NCBI GenBank assembly: GCA_963776245.1
Contig: CAVZLN010000008.1
Span: 352,001-416,000 of the forward strand
Source of the DNA: Candidatus Eiseniibacteriota bacterium
GTDB taxonomy: Bacteria; Eisenbacteria; RBG-16-71-46
Reading direction: 5' to 3'
Length of the DNA: 64,000 nt
Part shown: positions 43,187 through 53,231 of the stretch, piece after piece
How positions within the stretch are numbered: the first letter of the stretch is position 1
Layout: the number at the start of each line of letters is the position of its first letter
The notes under the pieces: model-generated
What the model was told of the DNA's origin: nothing
The model's input: only the letters and a program-made list of their open reading frames with translations
Database searches by the model: none
Program-made: the position numbers and the translations under genes

Positions 43187-45637
43187 TCATCTCACATAGG
43201 CCATCCGCCGCGTGAGCACCCGGCCGAGCGCCTCCAACCTCACGAAGTAGAGCCCGCTTCCCACCGGGGTCCCCACCGCGTCGCGCCCATCCCAGACCTC
43301 GCTCCACTTCCCGGCCGTTCGCTCGCCGCTCGCCAGCGTGCGCACCCGCCGCCCCTGCGCGTCGAACACCGACAGCTCCACGGAGGTCGCGGACGGCAGC
43401 GTGAAGCCGACGCGCGCCGCGCCGAGCGCCGGATTGGGGGCGATGGAAGCGAGCGACAGCTCGCGCGGCGTCTCGTCCTCCACCGCCAGCGTGCCGTTCG
43501 GCAGCAGCAGCGCGAACGCGCTCTCGTTGCCGTGGATATCGAACGCCGAGAGCTTGTAGTAGGCGGTCGGCGCTCCGGCGTCGAGATAGCCGGGGTCGGC
43601 CTTCTGGATCACCAGGTTCGACGGCCCGGGAGCGAAGTCGGGCGCGGACCCGCGGTAGAGCCGGTAACCGGCCAGGTCCGCCTCCGGGCTCGCGGCCCAG
43701 ATCAGGCTCGCTCCGTAGCCGGCCGCGTACGTCCCGGTGAACGGTGCCGGCACCGCCGGCGCCAGATCGTCCACCGAGTACGCGCTCACGGGCGGCGAGG
43801 TCCAGCGGCCCGAACCGGTGGCCGCCATCCCCTCCACCATGAACGCGGTGAGCGGATTGCCGGCGGCGGTGGAGTCGCTGGTGGTGGGTGCCACCAGCGA
43901 GTAGCCGGGCAGTCCGCTCGCCACCTGGGTGCCCACCAGCTCCCAGTACCACGTCTGGGCGCCTTCGACAGTGGTGCGGAACACGCGGGACGCGGCGGGC
44001 GGCTCACCGCCTTCCTGCGTGTCGTCGATCAGCACCGCTCCGGCGGCCAGCGCGCCCTGAGCGAGCGCGGCCGGGGCCTCGCGCCATACCCGGTACGAGC
44101 CGATCCCGTAGGTCGGGTCGGCGTCGAGATACGAGGGGCTCCACGCCACGCGCACCTGCCCGCCCTGATCGTGAGCGACATCGTCCACCGCGGCGATGAA
44201 CGGCTCGGGGCTGCCGAGATAGCCGTAGTGGTCCACGTGCCCGGCGAGCAGGTCGTAGCTGCTCCCGTCCCAGCTGTTGCACCACACCACGATCGCGCCA
44301 CCCTTGCCGTCGGCGCACGAGAGCACGCTGGCGTACGAGCCGCCCGCGATGACGGCTGAACAGATGTCGGTCCCACCCGACGGCCAGCCCGCGGCGGCGG
44401 CGCCGCCCGGGAGGTATCGATGCGCCCCCACCCGCCAGGGCACGGCGTAGATGATCTGCGTGCCCACCAGCAGACCGCCGGTCCCGTCCGGCGCGATGCC
44501 GGCGTAGTAGTCGCTCACGTTCAAGCCACTTGTCGTCCAGCCCGGCGGGATGGTGCCGTTCACCGTGAATCGAGTGACGTAGCGGGCGGAGTTGGACAGG
44601 TTCGCCCAGTGCACGTATCCGCCGCCCGCGCCATCGGTCACCAGTTCCATCAGGACCTGGTCCGAGACGCCGGTGCCGATCAGCAGCGAACCGCTCTGGA
44701 AGCCGGCTGGGGTCCGGCCCGTCGGCAACAGGCGGGTGCCGTACACGTCGGCGTCCCCGCTGCGACGATCGGTCCACACCACCAGCGCTCCGTTGTCTCC
44801 GTCGCTGATGACGAGCGGCTGGGTCTGATCGCCGGTCGCGTTGGTGACCGATGCGCCGAAGATCTGCGAGCCATCGCCGCGGTAGTTGACCGCGAAGATG
44901 TCGTAGTTCCCCGCGTTGTTGGACTGGTACGCCACGATGCATCCACCCGTGCCATTGGGGGCCACACTGGGGTACTCCTGCAACGTGCTCGTGGCGTCGA
45001 GGTCCATCCCGCCGGCCGGGAACCCCACCTCGACCTGGCCATCGGCCGTCAGGTGCTGGAGCATCGGATCGTGGTTGGAGACGCTCAGGTTCGCCTGCCA
45101 GACGATGAACGCCCCGCCGGCGCCGTCGCTGCAGAGCTTCGGCAGCACGTCGTCGGTGGAGGCCAGGCTCACGCGCAGACCGCCCGCGGGCCAGCCCGGG
45201 GCCACGTCGCCGTCGGCGAGGATGCGGATCGCGTAGATATCGTGCCCGTTGGGAGCGCTGCGCAGGTCATCCCACGCCAGGATCGCGCCGCCTTCGCCGT
45301 CCGGGATCATGACCACGCCGATCTGCCCACCGGAGGCGGTGCACACCGGAATCCCATTGGCGGTCCAGCCCGGGTCGGGGCCTCCCCCGACGAGCAGGCG
45401 TGCCATGTAGATGTCGACGCCGGTGACGCCACTGTTGCGGTAGTCCGCCCAGGCCACGAACGCGCCGCCCGCGCCATCCGTGACCACCGCATGGGAGATC
45501 TGCATGTCGGTGGCGGTGGTGACACGCACCGGCGTACAGAGCGTGTGGGGCCACTGCGCGCGCGCCGCGCACGGGACCAGGATGGAGAGCAGCACGGCAA
45601 CGACGAGGACGAGGGGAACCCGGAGGGATCGGCCCAT
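43187..45637 (-). CDS. Secreted beta-propeller (DGxGG repeats) + FN3-like + FlgD-Ig/T9SS-like tail protein, paralog 1
   Basis: Signal peptide ending ARA-QW; ~8 repeats xDGxGGhhhxW; DVAHDQGGQVRVAW; APNP...FDAQGRRV...WDGRD...SGLYFVRL. Confidence 0.85.
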   Translation of the reverse strand: MGRSLRVPLVLVVAVLLSILVPCAARAQWPHTLCTPVRVTTATDMQISHAVVTDGAGGAFVAWADYRNSGVTGVDIYMARLLVGGGPDPGWTANGIPVCTASGGQIGVVMIPDGEGGAILAWDDLRSAPNGHDIYAIRILADGDVAPGWPAGGLRVSLASTDDVLPKLCSDGAGGAFIVWQANLSVSNHDPMLQHLTADGQVEVGFPAGGMDLDATSTLQEYPSVAPNGTGGCIVAYQSNNAGNYDIFAVNYRGDGSQIFGASVTNATGDQTQPLVISDGDNGALVVWTDRRSGDADVYGTRLLPTGRTPAGFQSGSLLIGTGVSDQVLMELVTDGAGGGYVHWANLSNSARYVTRFTVNGTIPPGWTTSGLNVSDYYAGIAPDGTGGLLVGTQIIYAVPWRVGAHRYLPGGAAAAGWPSGGTDICSAVIAGGSYASVLSCADGKGGAIVVWCNSWDGSSYDLLAGHVDHYGYLGSPEPFIAAVDDVAHDQGGQVRVAWSPSYLDADPTYGIGSYRVWREAPAALAQGALAAGAVLIDDTQEGGEPPAASRVFRTTVEGAQTWYWELVGTQVASGLPGYSLVAPTTSDSTAAGNPLTAFMVEGMAATGSGRWTSPPVSAYSVDDLAPAVPAPFTGTYAAGYGASLIWAASPEADLAGYRLYRGSAPDFAPGPSNLVIQKADPGYLDAGAPTAYYKLSAFDIHGNESAFALLLPNGTLAVEDETPRELSLASIAPNPALGAARVGFTLPSATSVELSVFDAQGRRVRTLASGERTAGKWSEVWDGRDAVGTPVGSGLYFVRLEALGRVLTRRMAYVR

Positions 45638-45787
45638 GACGCACCCCACTGGGGTCGTCGGGGCGACGACCGCCGCATGGTTCGCGAGACCGGCATCCCT
45701 GCCGGCGGGTCCGAGGTGCCGACACCATAGGTCCGGCACCGGCGCGGGGCAAACCTGCGCGCCTCGACCTGCCCCGACCGAGCGCCG

Positions 45788-48184
45788 CTATCGGATCAGC
45801 GCCAGCCGCTCCACGAGGGACCGCCCGTCCGCCTGCAGACGGACGAAGTAGAGGCCACTGCCCACCGGCGCGCTCGATCCGTCGCAGCCGTCCCACGCGG
45901 CGCTCCCCCGGCCCGCCTCGAGCACGCCGTCGATCAGGGTGCGCACCCGCCGGCCCCGTGCGTCGAACACCGCCAGCGTCACGCGCCCCGCACGCGGCAG
46001 CGCGTAGCCGATGCGCGCGGTGCCTCGCACCGGATTGGGCGCGACCGGCGCCAGCGCCAGTTCGAGCGGCGGCGCGTCCTCCACCGCCAGCGTGCCGCTG
46101 GGCAGCAGCAGCGCGAAGCCGCTCTCGTTGCCATGGAGGTCGATCGCCGAGAGCTTGTAGTAGGCCGAGGGCGCTCCGGCGTCGAGATAGCCGGGATCGG
46201 CCTTCTGCGCCACCAGGCTCGAGGGGCCCGGCACGAAGCCCGGCGTGGATCCGCGATAGAGCCGGTAGCCGGCCAGGTCCGCCTCGGCATTGGCGCCCCA
46301 GAACAGGCTCGCGCCGGTGCCCACCGAATACGTCCCCGAGAACGGGGCCGGGGTCGCAGGCGGCAGGTTGTCCACCGAGTAGCCGGAATCGGCCTTCGAT
46401 TCCCAGAACGCCCCGGTGGACGCCGCGAGTGCGCGCACCTTGACCAGCGTGTAGGGATTGGTGGCGGCCGCCGAGTCCCCGAGGGTGGGCACCACGTAGC
46501 TGTACCCGGCCTGCGCCGCGGCGGCCTGCTGCCCGACGAACTCCCAGTACACGGTCTGCCCGCCGAGCGCCTGCGTCATGATCACCTTGCGGTCGCTGGT
46601 CGCGGGGGCCACGGCCTGGTCCGCGTCCACGCGCTGCGCGCCCGTCGCGAGCGCGCGCAGAGCGTAGGTGGCCGGAACGCTGCGCCAGACGTCGTACTCG
46701 GTGACCACGGACGCCGGCAGCGCGTCCAGGTAACTGGCGTCCCACGACACCTTGAGGTGGCCGCCCTGATCGTTCTTCACGTCCCGCACCGACGCGATCG
46801 CCGGGGACGGTTCGCCGAGCTGCGAGAAGCGGTCCACCCGCTGGGCGAACACGTCGGGCTCCGCCGTGCCGAGCACCTGGTGGAACGACGCGATCGCCCC
46901 CTGCGCTCCATCGGTCACCAGCGAGACTCCCCCGACGCCCATCGCCAGCGCGCGCCCGGAGTAGGGCCAGCCCGGCCACTCGATGCCATTGCCACCGAGA
47001 TGCTTGATGTACTGACCGCCGGTCCCGCCCCAGGTCACGAGCGCCCCGCCGGCGCCATCGGAGACCGCGGTGAGCTGGGGTACGTTGACCGCCGTGGCGA
47101 TCGGGGTTCCGTTGTACGTCCACCCCGGCGGGATGACCCCGCCGATGGTGACGCGGGTGGCGTACAGATCCGCCGGCAGCAGGGCGCCGCCGCGGCTGTC
47201 ACGCCAGAACAGGATCGCGCCGCCACTGCCGTCGGACGTCATGGCGGCCAGCTGCCGGCTATTGAGGTCGCTGATGTAAGGGTAACCCCACGCGAGGTTG
47301 CCGTTGGGGAGCACTCGCGTGGCGTAGATGTATGCATAGTCATCGTAGCCGACGATCACGCCGCCGTAGCCATCCGGCACCACGATGGCGTCCACGTCGT
47401 CGGACGGACCGGTGCTGATCTGCCGTCCGCCCAGGGCGAAGGCCTCGGCGCCCGCCACCGAGTACGCCTGCATGTAGAGGTCGATGCTCGCGCCGCGCTC
47501 ATCGTTCCACGCCATGAAAGCCTTCCCACCACTCAACGTGAGCGCGGTGGGCCACTGGAACAGGACATTGCTGGTGCCTTCATGGATGTACGGCCACCAG
47601 GTGCCCCCCGCGGTGACATGATTGATGAGCGGATCGGTGTCGGTGATCGTGTAGGTCGCGGCCCAGGCCACGTAGGCACCGCCCACGCCGTCCGCGGCGA
47701 TGAGCGGCAGGTTGTCATCGACGGAGGACCCGGGCGACACGCCGTTCACCGGCCATCCGGCGAAAGGAGCCCCGGCCGGATCCAGATGCTGGACGTAGAT
47801 GTCCGCATCACTGACGCTGTTGCGGAAGTCCCGCCAGGCGATGAACACGCCGCCGGCGCCATCGGTGCAGATCACCGGCACGGTCTGGTCGCGGGTCGCG
47901 ACCGCCACCGGGACCCCATTCGCCGTCCACTGGGCCACGCCGTGCGCGTCGAGGTGCTGGGCGTAGACGTCGTAGTCGCCGCTCCGGTTGTCATACCAGG
48001 CGATGAACACGCCGCCCGCTCCGTCGGAGCACGAGGAGTACGCGTACTGAGTCCCGGCCGAGGTGCACACGGGCTGCGGGCCGGCCGGATCGTGGGACCA
48101 CGTGGCGCGGGCGGGCGCGGCACCGAGCAAGGCCAGGATGGTGAGCACCGAACCGACTCGCAGCGACGGGTACCTGCGGTTCAT
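45788..48184 (-). CDS. Secreted beta-propeller (DGxGG repeats) + FN3-like + FlgD-Ig/T9SS-like tail protein, paralog 2
   Basis: Same architecture as 43187-45637; SD CAGGAGG; C-terminal part closely similar to paralog 1. Confidence 0.85.
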   Translation of the reverse strand: MNRRYPSLRVGSVLTILALLGAAPARATWSHDPAGPQPVCTSAGTQYAYSSCSDGAGGVFIAWYDNRSGDYDVYAQHLDAHGVAQWTANGVPVAVATRDQTVPVICTDGAGGVFIAWRDFRNSVSDADIYVQHLDPAGAPFAGWPVNGVSPGSSVDDNLPLIAADGVGGAYVAWAATYTITDTDPLINHVTAGGTWWPYIHEGTSNVLFQWPTALTLSGGKAFMAWNDERGASIDLYMQAYSVAGAEAFALGGRQISTGPSDDVDAIVVPDGYGGVIVGYDDYAYIYATRVLPNGNLAWGYPYISDLNSRQLAAMTSDGSGGAILFWRDSRGGALLPADLYATRVTIGGVIPPGWTYNGTPIATAVNVPQLTAVSDGAGGALVTWGGTGGQYIKHLGGNGIEWPGWPYSGRALAMGVGGVSLVTDGAQGAIASFHQVLGTAEPDVFAQRVDRFSQLGEPSPAIASVRDVKNDQGGHLKVSWDASYLDALPASVVTEYDVWRSVPATYALRALATGAQRVDADQAVAPATSDRKVIMTQALGGQTVYWEFVGQQAAAAQAGYSYVVPTLGDSAAATNPYTLVKVRALAASTGAFWESKADSGYSVDNLPPATPAPFSGTYSVGTGASLFWGANAEADLAGYRLYRGSTPGFVPGPSSLVAQKADPGYLDAGAPSAYYKLSAIDLHGNESGFALLLPSGTLAVEDAPPLELALAPVAPNPVRGTARIGYALPRAGRVTLAVFDARGRRVRTLIDGVLEAGRGSAAWDGCDGSSAPVGSGLYFVRLQADGRSLVERLALIR

Positions 48185-48378
48185 CGAAGCCTCCTGGACA
48201 TGCGCCGGTGTGCGGGGGCGCGCCGAACGAGACCGAGGGGACGGGGAGGGATCGCTCCCACGGCGGTCCCGTGATGAGCGATGCGACCGCGCCACGGTAC
48301 TCGCGCCCGCCCGCGCCGCCAATGGATAAAGCGTCGCGTCCGGGCCGGGCCGCCGGGGCCTGTCGGGTCGAGGCCCTT

Positions 48379-48930
48379 TCAGTCGCCGAGCGGGGCCCGC
48401 TCGCGCACGGTGTAGCGCGAGCCACCCGGCGACAACACGCTCTCCATCACGCACAGCCGCTCGACCGGAAAGGCCGCGGGGCCCACGCGCGCGGCGCCCA
48501 GCCGCATCGCCCAGTCGGCGCCCGGCGTGCGCACGCGGCCGAGAGTGAGATGGGGAGTGAACGCCCGGTCGGCCGGCTCGAACCCGCGCGCGCGCAGCGC
48601 CCGCTCGAGCGCGCGGGCCAGCCGCACCAGCGGCTCGGCGCCGGCGCTCAGCCCGAGCCAGATCACGCGTGCCCGGGCGGCATCGGGGAACGCGCCGGGG
48701 GCACCGAGCGCCGCGTCGAAGCGCGCCTCCCCCGCCGCCGCCTCGCGCGCCGCCTCGCTGGCACGGCGGGCACCGTCCTCGCCCACCTCACCGAGGAAGC
48801 GCAGGGTGAAGTGCAGGTTGTCGGCCTTCACCCACGACACGCCGTCGCCCGGGTGGGCGAGGGCGTCGCTCACCGCGCGCGCCGCGCGCTGCACCTGCGG
48901 CGGCGGGAACACGGCGAGGAACAGGCGCAT
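48379..48930 (-). CDS. thpR: RNA 2',3'-cyclic phosphodiesterase (2H family)
   Basis: MRLFLAV, NLHFTLRFLG, FTPHLTLGR (two HxT motifs). Confidence 0.94.
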   Translation of the reverse strand: MRLFLAVFPPPQVQRAARAVSDALAHPGDGVSWVKADNLHFTLRFLGEVGEDGARRASEAAREAAAGEARFDAALGAPGAFPDAARARVIWLGLSAGAEPLVRLARALERALRARGFEPADRAFTPHLTLGRVRTPGADWAMRLGAARVGPAAFPVERLCVMESVLSPGGSRYTVRERAPLGD

Positions 48931-48950
48931 GGCGGGCCCGCGCGTCGCGA

Positions 48951-50225
48951 CTACGCGGGCTTCGCCGCGGTCTCGAGCGCCGCGTCGAGCGGCAGGCCCA
49001 CCAGCGCGCGGCGCACCAGGTCGAGGGCGGTCTGCGCGGCGCGCTCGCGGATGGTGGCGCGCGTGCCCTGGAACGCGAGCTTCCGCACCCCGCTGCCCCG
49101 CGGGGCGGCGACCGCGATGAACACGGTGCCGACCGGCTTCTCGTCGCTGCCCCCGTCGGGCCCGGCGATGCCGGTGATGCCCACGCCGACCTCCACGCCC
49201 GCCTTCTTGCGGGCGCCCTCGGCCATCTGCTCGGCGATCGGCGCGCTCACCGCGCCATGCGCCTCGAGGTCCGCGGCGCGCACCCCGAGCTGCTCGAGCT
49301 TGGAGATGTTGGTGTAGCTCACGGCGCCGCGCTCGAACCAGCGCGAGGAGCCCGGCACGTCGGTGAGCCGCTTGGCGAGCAGCCCGCCGGTGCACGATTC
49401 GCCGGTCGCGATGCGGTAGCCGAGGCTCACCAGCAGCTCGCCCACCACCTGTTCCATGGTGGCGGCGCCCTCGGCGTAGAGCACCGGGGCGGCGATCGCC
49501 TTGAGGGCCTCGTACGACTGCGCGGTCACGCTCCGCACCAGCTCGGGGTCGCTGCCCGCCACGGTCACGCGCAGGTCCACGCCGAAGTAGCTCGGCAGGT
49601 AGGCGAGCGTGGCGCCCGGCCATTCCTGCGGCTGGTGGCCGATGCGCGCGTGGAGCGCGGACTCGGACACCCCGAAGGTCCGCAGCGTGAAGGTCTCGAC
49701 CGCGCGCGCGCTGCGTGCCTGGAAGTACGGCACCACGTGCTCGGTGGTGAGGTCCTCGAACTCGTAGGGCACCCCCGGCAGCAGCACCACCGGCTTGTGC
49801 TCGTGCACGATACAGAGCCCGGGCGCGGCGCCGAGGCGATTGGGCCAGACCTCCGCGCCGCGCGGGATGAGCGCCTGCGCCTCGACCGAGCCCGGCAGCT
49901 TGCGCCCCGAGCGGCGGACGCGCTCGCGGATGTGCTCGAGCACGCGCTCGTCGAGCTGGAGCGGCCGGCTCAGGACACTCGCCACCGCCTTGCGCGTCAC
50001 GTCGTCGGGCGTGGGCCCCAGGCCGCCCATCAGGATCACCGCGTCGGCCCGCGAGAGCGCGCGGCGCAGCGCGTCGCCGATGCGCTCGGGGGCGTCGCCC
50101 ACGGTGGAGTGCCACTCCACCTGCACGTTCACGGCTTCGAGGGCGCGCGCGAGGAACGCGAAGTTGGTGTCCACGGTGCGCCCCGACAGCACCTCGTTGC
50201 CGATGGTGACGATCTCGATGCGCAT
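48951..50225 (-). CDS. cinA: CinA-family protein (MoCF-binding-like + PncC NMN deamidase)
   Basis: IGNEVLSG..DTN, GGLGPTPDDVT, LPGVP, ESCTGG, GAVS, GITGIAGPDGG..KPVGTV. Confidence 0.94.
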   Translation of the reverse strand: MRIEIVTIGNEVLSGRTVDTNFAFLARALEAVNVQVEWHSTVGDAPERIGDALRRALSRADAVILMGGLGPTPDDVTRKAVASVLSRPLQLDERVLEHIRERVRRSGRKLPGSVEAQALIPRGAEVWPNRLGAAPGLCIVHEHKPVVLLPGVPYEFEDLTTEHVVPYFQARSARAVETFTLRTFGVSESALHARIGHQPQEWPGATLAYLPSYFGVDLRVTVAGSDPELVRSVTAQSYEALKAIAAPVLYAEGAATMEQVVGELLVSLGYRIATGESCTGGLLAKRLTDVPGSSRWFERGAVSYTNISKLEQLGVRAADLEAHGAVSAPIAEQMAEGARKKAGVEVGVGITGIAGPDGGSDEKPVGTVFIAVAAPRGSGVRKLAFQGTRATIRERAAQTALDLVRRALVGLPLDAALETAAKPA

Positions 50226-50361
50226 GGGGCTCCCGTGGGTGCCGGAGGTGCGTGCGTGGTCCGTGGGGCGCGAATGTGCCATCCGTGCGCTCCGGGCGCA
50301 ACACCGCGGCGTGATCCAGCGGTCCCGGAGCGCCGGTCGCGGAGCGCTCCGGACGCGGCCC

Positions 50362-50856
50362 CTACGCGTTCGCCAGGTGCAGCGAGCCGTGCATGCAGAA
50401 CACCGCGGTGGGCGGACCGGCCACCCGTTCGTAGTCGGCGGTGCGCATGCGCACCACCTCGTGGTGATTGCCGGCCTGGAAGTAGAAGTCGTCCCGCTCG
50501 CGGAAGCAGGCATCGAGGTAGACCGACAGGCGATAGAGTTGGCCGAACGGCGGCATCGCGCCCGAGTCGCAGTCGGGGAACAGCCGCGCCATCTCCTCCT
50601 CGCTCGCCAGGCCGAGGTCCCGGCGTCCAGTGGCGCGCTTGAAGATCGCGAAATCGAGGTGCGCCGGCGCCGGCAGCACGCACAGGAAGAAGTCCCGCAG
50701 GCCCTCGCGGACCACCACCACCTTGGCGAGTCGCTTGCCGGACACGTGCGCCACGTGCGCCACGTCCTGGGCGGTGAAGGCCTCGCGGTGCGGGAGCACC
50801 TCGTACCACACCAGCTTCTCGTCGAGCAGTCTCAGCAGCCGATCCTTGCACGCCAT
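50362..50856 (-). CDS. YbaK/EbsC family aminoacyl-tRNA deacylase
   Basis: H.EAFTAQ.VA, LAKVVVV, LASEEE..FPDC..GAMPPFG, FQAGNH. Confidence 0.88.
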   Translation of the reverse strand: MACKDRLLRLLDEKLVWYEVLPHREAFTAQDVAHVAHVSGKRLAKVVVVREGLRDFFLCVLPAPAHLDFAIFKRATGRRDLGLASEEEMARLFPDCDSGAMPPFGQLYRLSVYLDACFRERDDFYFQAGNHHEVVRMRTADYERVAGPPTAVFCMHGSLHLANA

Positions 50857-51073
50857 GACACGCCTCCCGACGGCCCGTCGGGGCGGCGGCTCGGACCACC
50901 GGGACACTCACGAGTGGGCCGGGCCGATCTCGGCGAGCCGCGCCGCGGCGCGCCGCGCGCGCCGGGCAAGGGTCTCCGCGCGGCACCGGGGGGCGCGTCC
51001 GCGCTGCACGTCCATGATGAGACACCCACGGGCCGCCGAGGGCAAGCGGCGACGCGGGGGCTCCCGCGCGCGA

Positions 51074-51541
51074 TCAGCCCCGCATCCACCCCAGCGCGTG
51101 GAGCGCCCAGACCCCGCCGTGGTACGCGCCGCAGGCGATCAGGCCGGCCATGAAGTCGTCGGCGACGATGCCGTAGCCGCCGGGAAGCGACTGGATCTGG
51201 CGCGCGCCGAGCGGCTTCCACACGTCGAAGACGCGGAACAGCAGGAACGACGCCACGAACGCCGCCACGGTGTGCGGGACGAACAGGAGCGCGAGCGTCT
51301 GGCCCACGGCCTCGTCGGCAACGATGGGCTTGGCGTCGTGGCCGAGGGTCTTCTCGGCCTCTCCGCACAGGTACACGGCCAGTACCGTGCCGAGCGCGAT
51401 GAGCGCCAGCGTCACCGGCAGCGCGGGCGGCGGGATGAACCAGCCGATGAGCGCCACCAGCGCGCTGCCCGCGGTGGCCGGGGCGATCGGAGCGGACCCC
51501 GCGGGCCCGAGGCGCGCGAGGAACAGGACGAGTGCCTTCAT
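51074..51541 (-). CDS. pgpA: Phosphatidylglycerophosphatase A
   Basis: APATAGS, HDAKPIVADEAVG, FRVFDVWKP, GGYGIVADD. Confidence 0.92.
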   Translation of the reverse strand: MKALVLFLARLGPAGSAPIAPATAGSALVALIGWFIPPPALPVTLALIALGTVLAVYLCGEAEKTLGHDAKPIVADEAVGQTLALLFVPHTVAAFVASFLLFRVFDVWKPLGARQIQSLPGGYGIVADDFMAGLIACGAYHGGVWALHALGWMRG

Positions 51542-52518
51542 CGGCCCGGCCGTTCGAGCGGCGGGGGGATGATGCGCGGCGGCGCCCCGGGCACCTGCAC
51601 CACCGCCGGGCGCGGCACCGAGGTGCTCGGCTGCGGCGCGCGGGTGGGCGGCATCATCGGCCACGGCGTCGCCGCTGGCCCCGCCGGGAAGGGCGCGGGC
51701 CGCGGCGGCGCGACGGCCGGATCCGAGGCGGGCCGCGGCGGCGCGGGCGCCAGCGGGCGCGCGGTGGGCAGGGGCAGCGCGGGCGCCACCGGGCGCGCGG
51801 CCACCGTGGCGGCGGTGCGGACGGGCGCCACGGTGGCGGCGACGGGCCGCGCGGCGATCGCCACGCCCCCGCCGCTCGTCGGCGGCGCGGCGGACGGCAC
51901 GCCGGCGCCCGGCCGGGCCGGCTGGGTCAGCGCACCGAGCCTCCCGAGCACCGCCTTGCAGGCGGCGCGCAGCGTCTCGGTGACCCCGGTGCCCTTCACC
52001 GCGACGGCCTCGAACTCCACCGCGCCCCCGGGGTTCAGCGCGTCGTGCAGGCGCGCGAGCGGCAGCGCGCCGGGCAGGTCACGCTTGTTGAACTGGAACA
52101 CCCACGGGATGCGCATCAGCTGGGCGGGGGTCAGGCCCATGGTCTTGAGGTGCTCGAAGGTGTCGGCCAGCGAGTCGAGGTTGGCGCTCTCGCGCGAGGG
52201 ATGCGAGTCGGCGACGAACACGATGCCGTCGAGGCCCTGGAGCACCGCGCGGCGCGACAGCCGGTAGTACACCTGCCCGGGCACGGTGTAGAGATGGAAG
52301 CGGGTCGAGAAGCCGTTCACCGGCCCGAGGTCGATCGGCAGGAAGTCGAAGAACAGCGTGCGCTCGTGGTCGGTCGAGATCGAGAGCAGCCGGCCGCGGC
52401 GCTCGGGGGGCAGCCGGTCGTGGAGGGCGCGCAGATTCGTGGTCTTGCCCCCGGCTCCGGGGCCGACGTACACGATCTTGAAGTGGATCTCGCGCGCGCG
52501 ATGATTGATGAGCGCCAT
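51538..52518 (-). CDS. mglA: MglA-family small GTPase with ~130-aa Pro/Ala-rich C-terminal extension
   Basis: KIVYVGPGAGGKTTNL, RTLFFDFLP, FHLYTVPGQV, FVADS, NKRDLP. Confidence 0.92.
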   Translation of the reverse strand: MALINHRAREIHFKIVYVGPGAGGKTTNLRALHDRLPPERRGRLLSISTDHERTLFFDFLPIDLGPVNGFSTRFHLYTVPGQVYYRLSRRAVLQGLDGIVFVADSHPSRESANLDSLADTFEHLKTMGLTPAQLMRIPWVFQFNKRDLPGALPLARLHDALNPGGAVEFEAVAVKGTGVTETLRAACKAVLGRLGALTQPARPGAGVPSAAPPTSGGGVAIAARPVAATVAPVRTAATVAARPVAPALPLPTARPLAPAPPRPASDPAVAPPRPAPFPAGPAATPWPMMPPTRAPQPSTSVPRPAVVQVPGAPPRIIPPPLERPGR

Positions 52519-52555
52519 CGTGTCCCGTGCAGAGAGGCCGGACTGCCGCGGGCCG

Positions 52556-53056
52556 TCAGTCGCCGAACAGCGCGTCGACCTCGAGGCCGGCGGCCAACGC
52601 GAACTCGGGCGCTCCGTCCTCGAGCGCGGCCTCGACCGGCTCGCCGATCCCCACCTTCTGGAACAGGCCGCGGAACACCCCGTCGAGGTCCGCCGAGGCC
52701 TTCTGGGCGCGGAAACGCACCAGGCCCAGCGTGCTGCGGCGGTCGAACACGGTGCTCATGATGACGCGGTCGGCCAGCAGGCAGGAGTGCACGCTGCGGC
52801 CCTTGCCCTCGCTCACCACCGCGTTCACGGACGAGTCCCCGAGCAGGTTCGCAAGCTCGGCGTTGGCGGTGAAGTCCGCGGCCACCAGGCTCGCGAAGGC
52901 GGTCGCGTCGAAGTCACCCGTGCGTCCGGCGGTGGTGATGAGCTGGCCGGAGCGGTCGACGAGATGGATGGAGAGGGCGTTCGTCCTCTCGAGCATCTCG
53001 TTGAGGATGGCGTCGATCGATCGAAAGTCGTTTTCGAACAGAGTCCATTGAGGCAT
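52556..53056 (-). CDS. mglB: MglB roadblock/LC7 GTPase-activating protein
   Basis: LVDRSGQLI, DATAFASLVAADFTA, VFDRRSTLGLVR, C-terminal EVDALFGD; directly upstream of mglA. Confidence 0.9.
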   Translation of the reverse strand: MPQWTLFENDFRSIDAILNEMLERTNALSIHLVDRSGQLITTAGRTGDFDATAFASLVAADFTANAELANLLGDSSVNAVVSEGKGRSVHSCLLADRVIMSTVFDRRSTLGLVRFRAQKASADLDGVFRGLFQKVGIGEPVEAALEDGAPEFALAAGLEVDALFGD

Positions 53057-53231
53057 GGCACCCCCCCGCCTCCGGCGGATGAGTCACCTGATGAAAGACT
53101 CCGTGGCACGTCCGTGTTCCGGGCGCATTGGTAACACGGTGCGCTGGAAACGACAAGCGGATTCGCGCTCGTCGCGGCGGGTGCCAGGCGCTTCCGGGCC
53201 GAACGCGCGACGCGGTGCGACGCGCGACGGC

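Noticed and set aside
43480..46380. Similar segments in two genes as a possible DGR template/variable repeat pair
   Set aside because: Both copies are coding, mismatches are not adenine-specific, and there is no reverse transcriptase in the window
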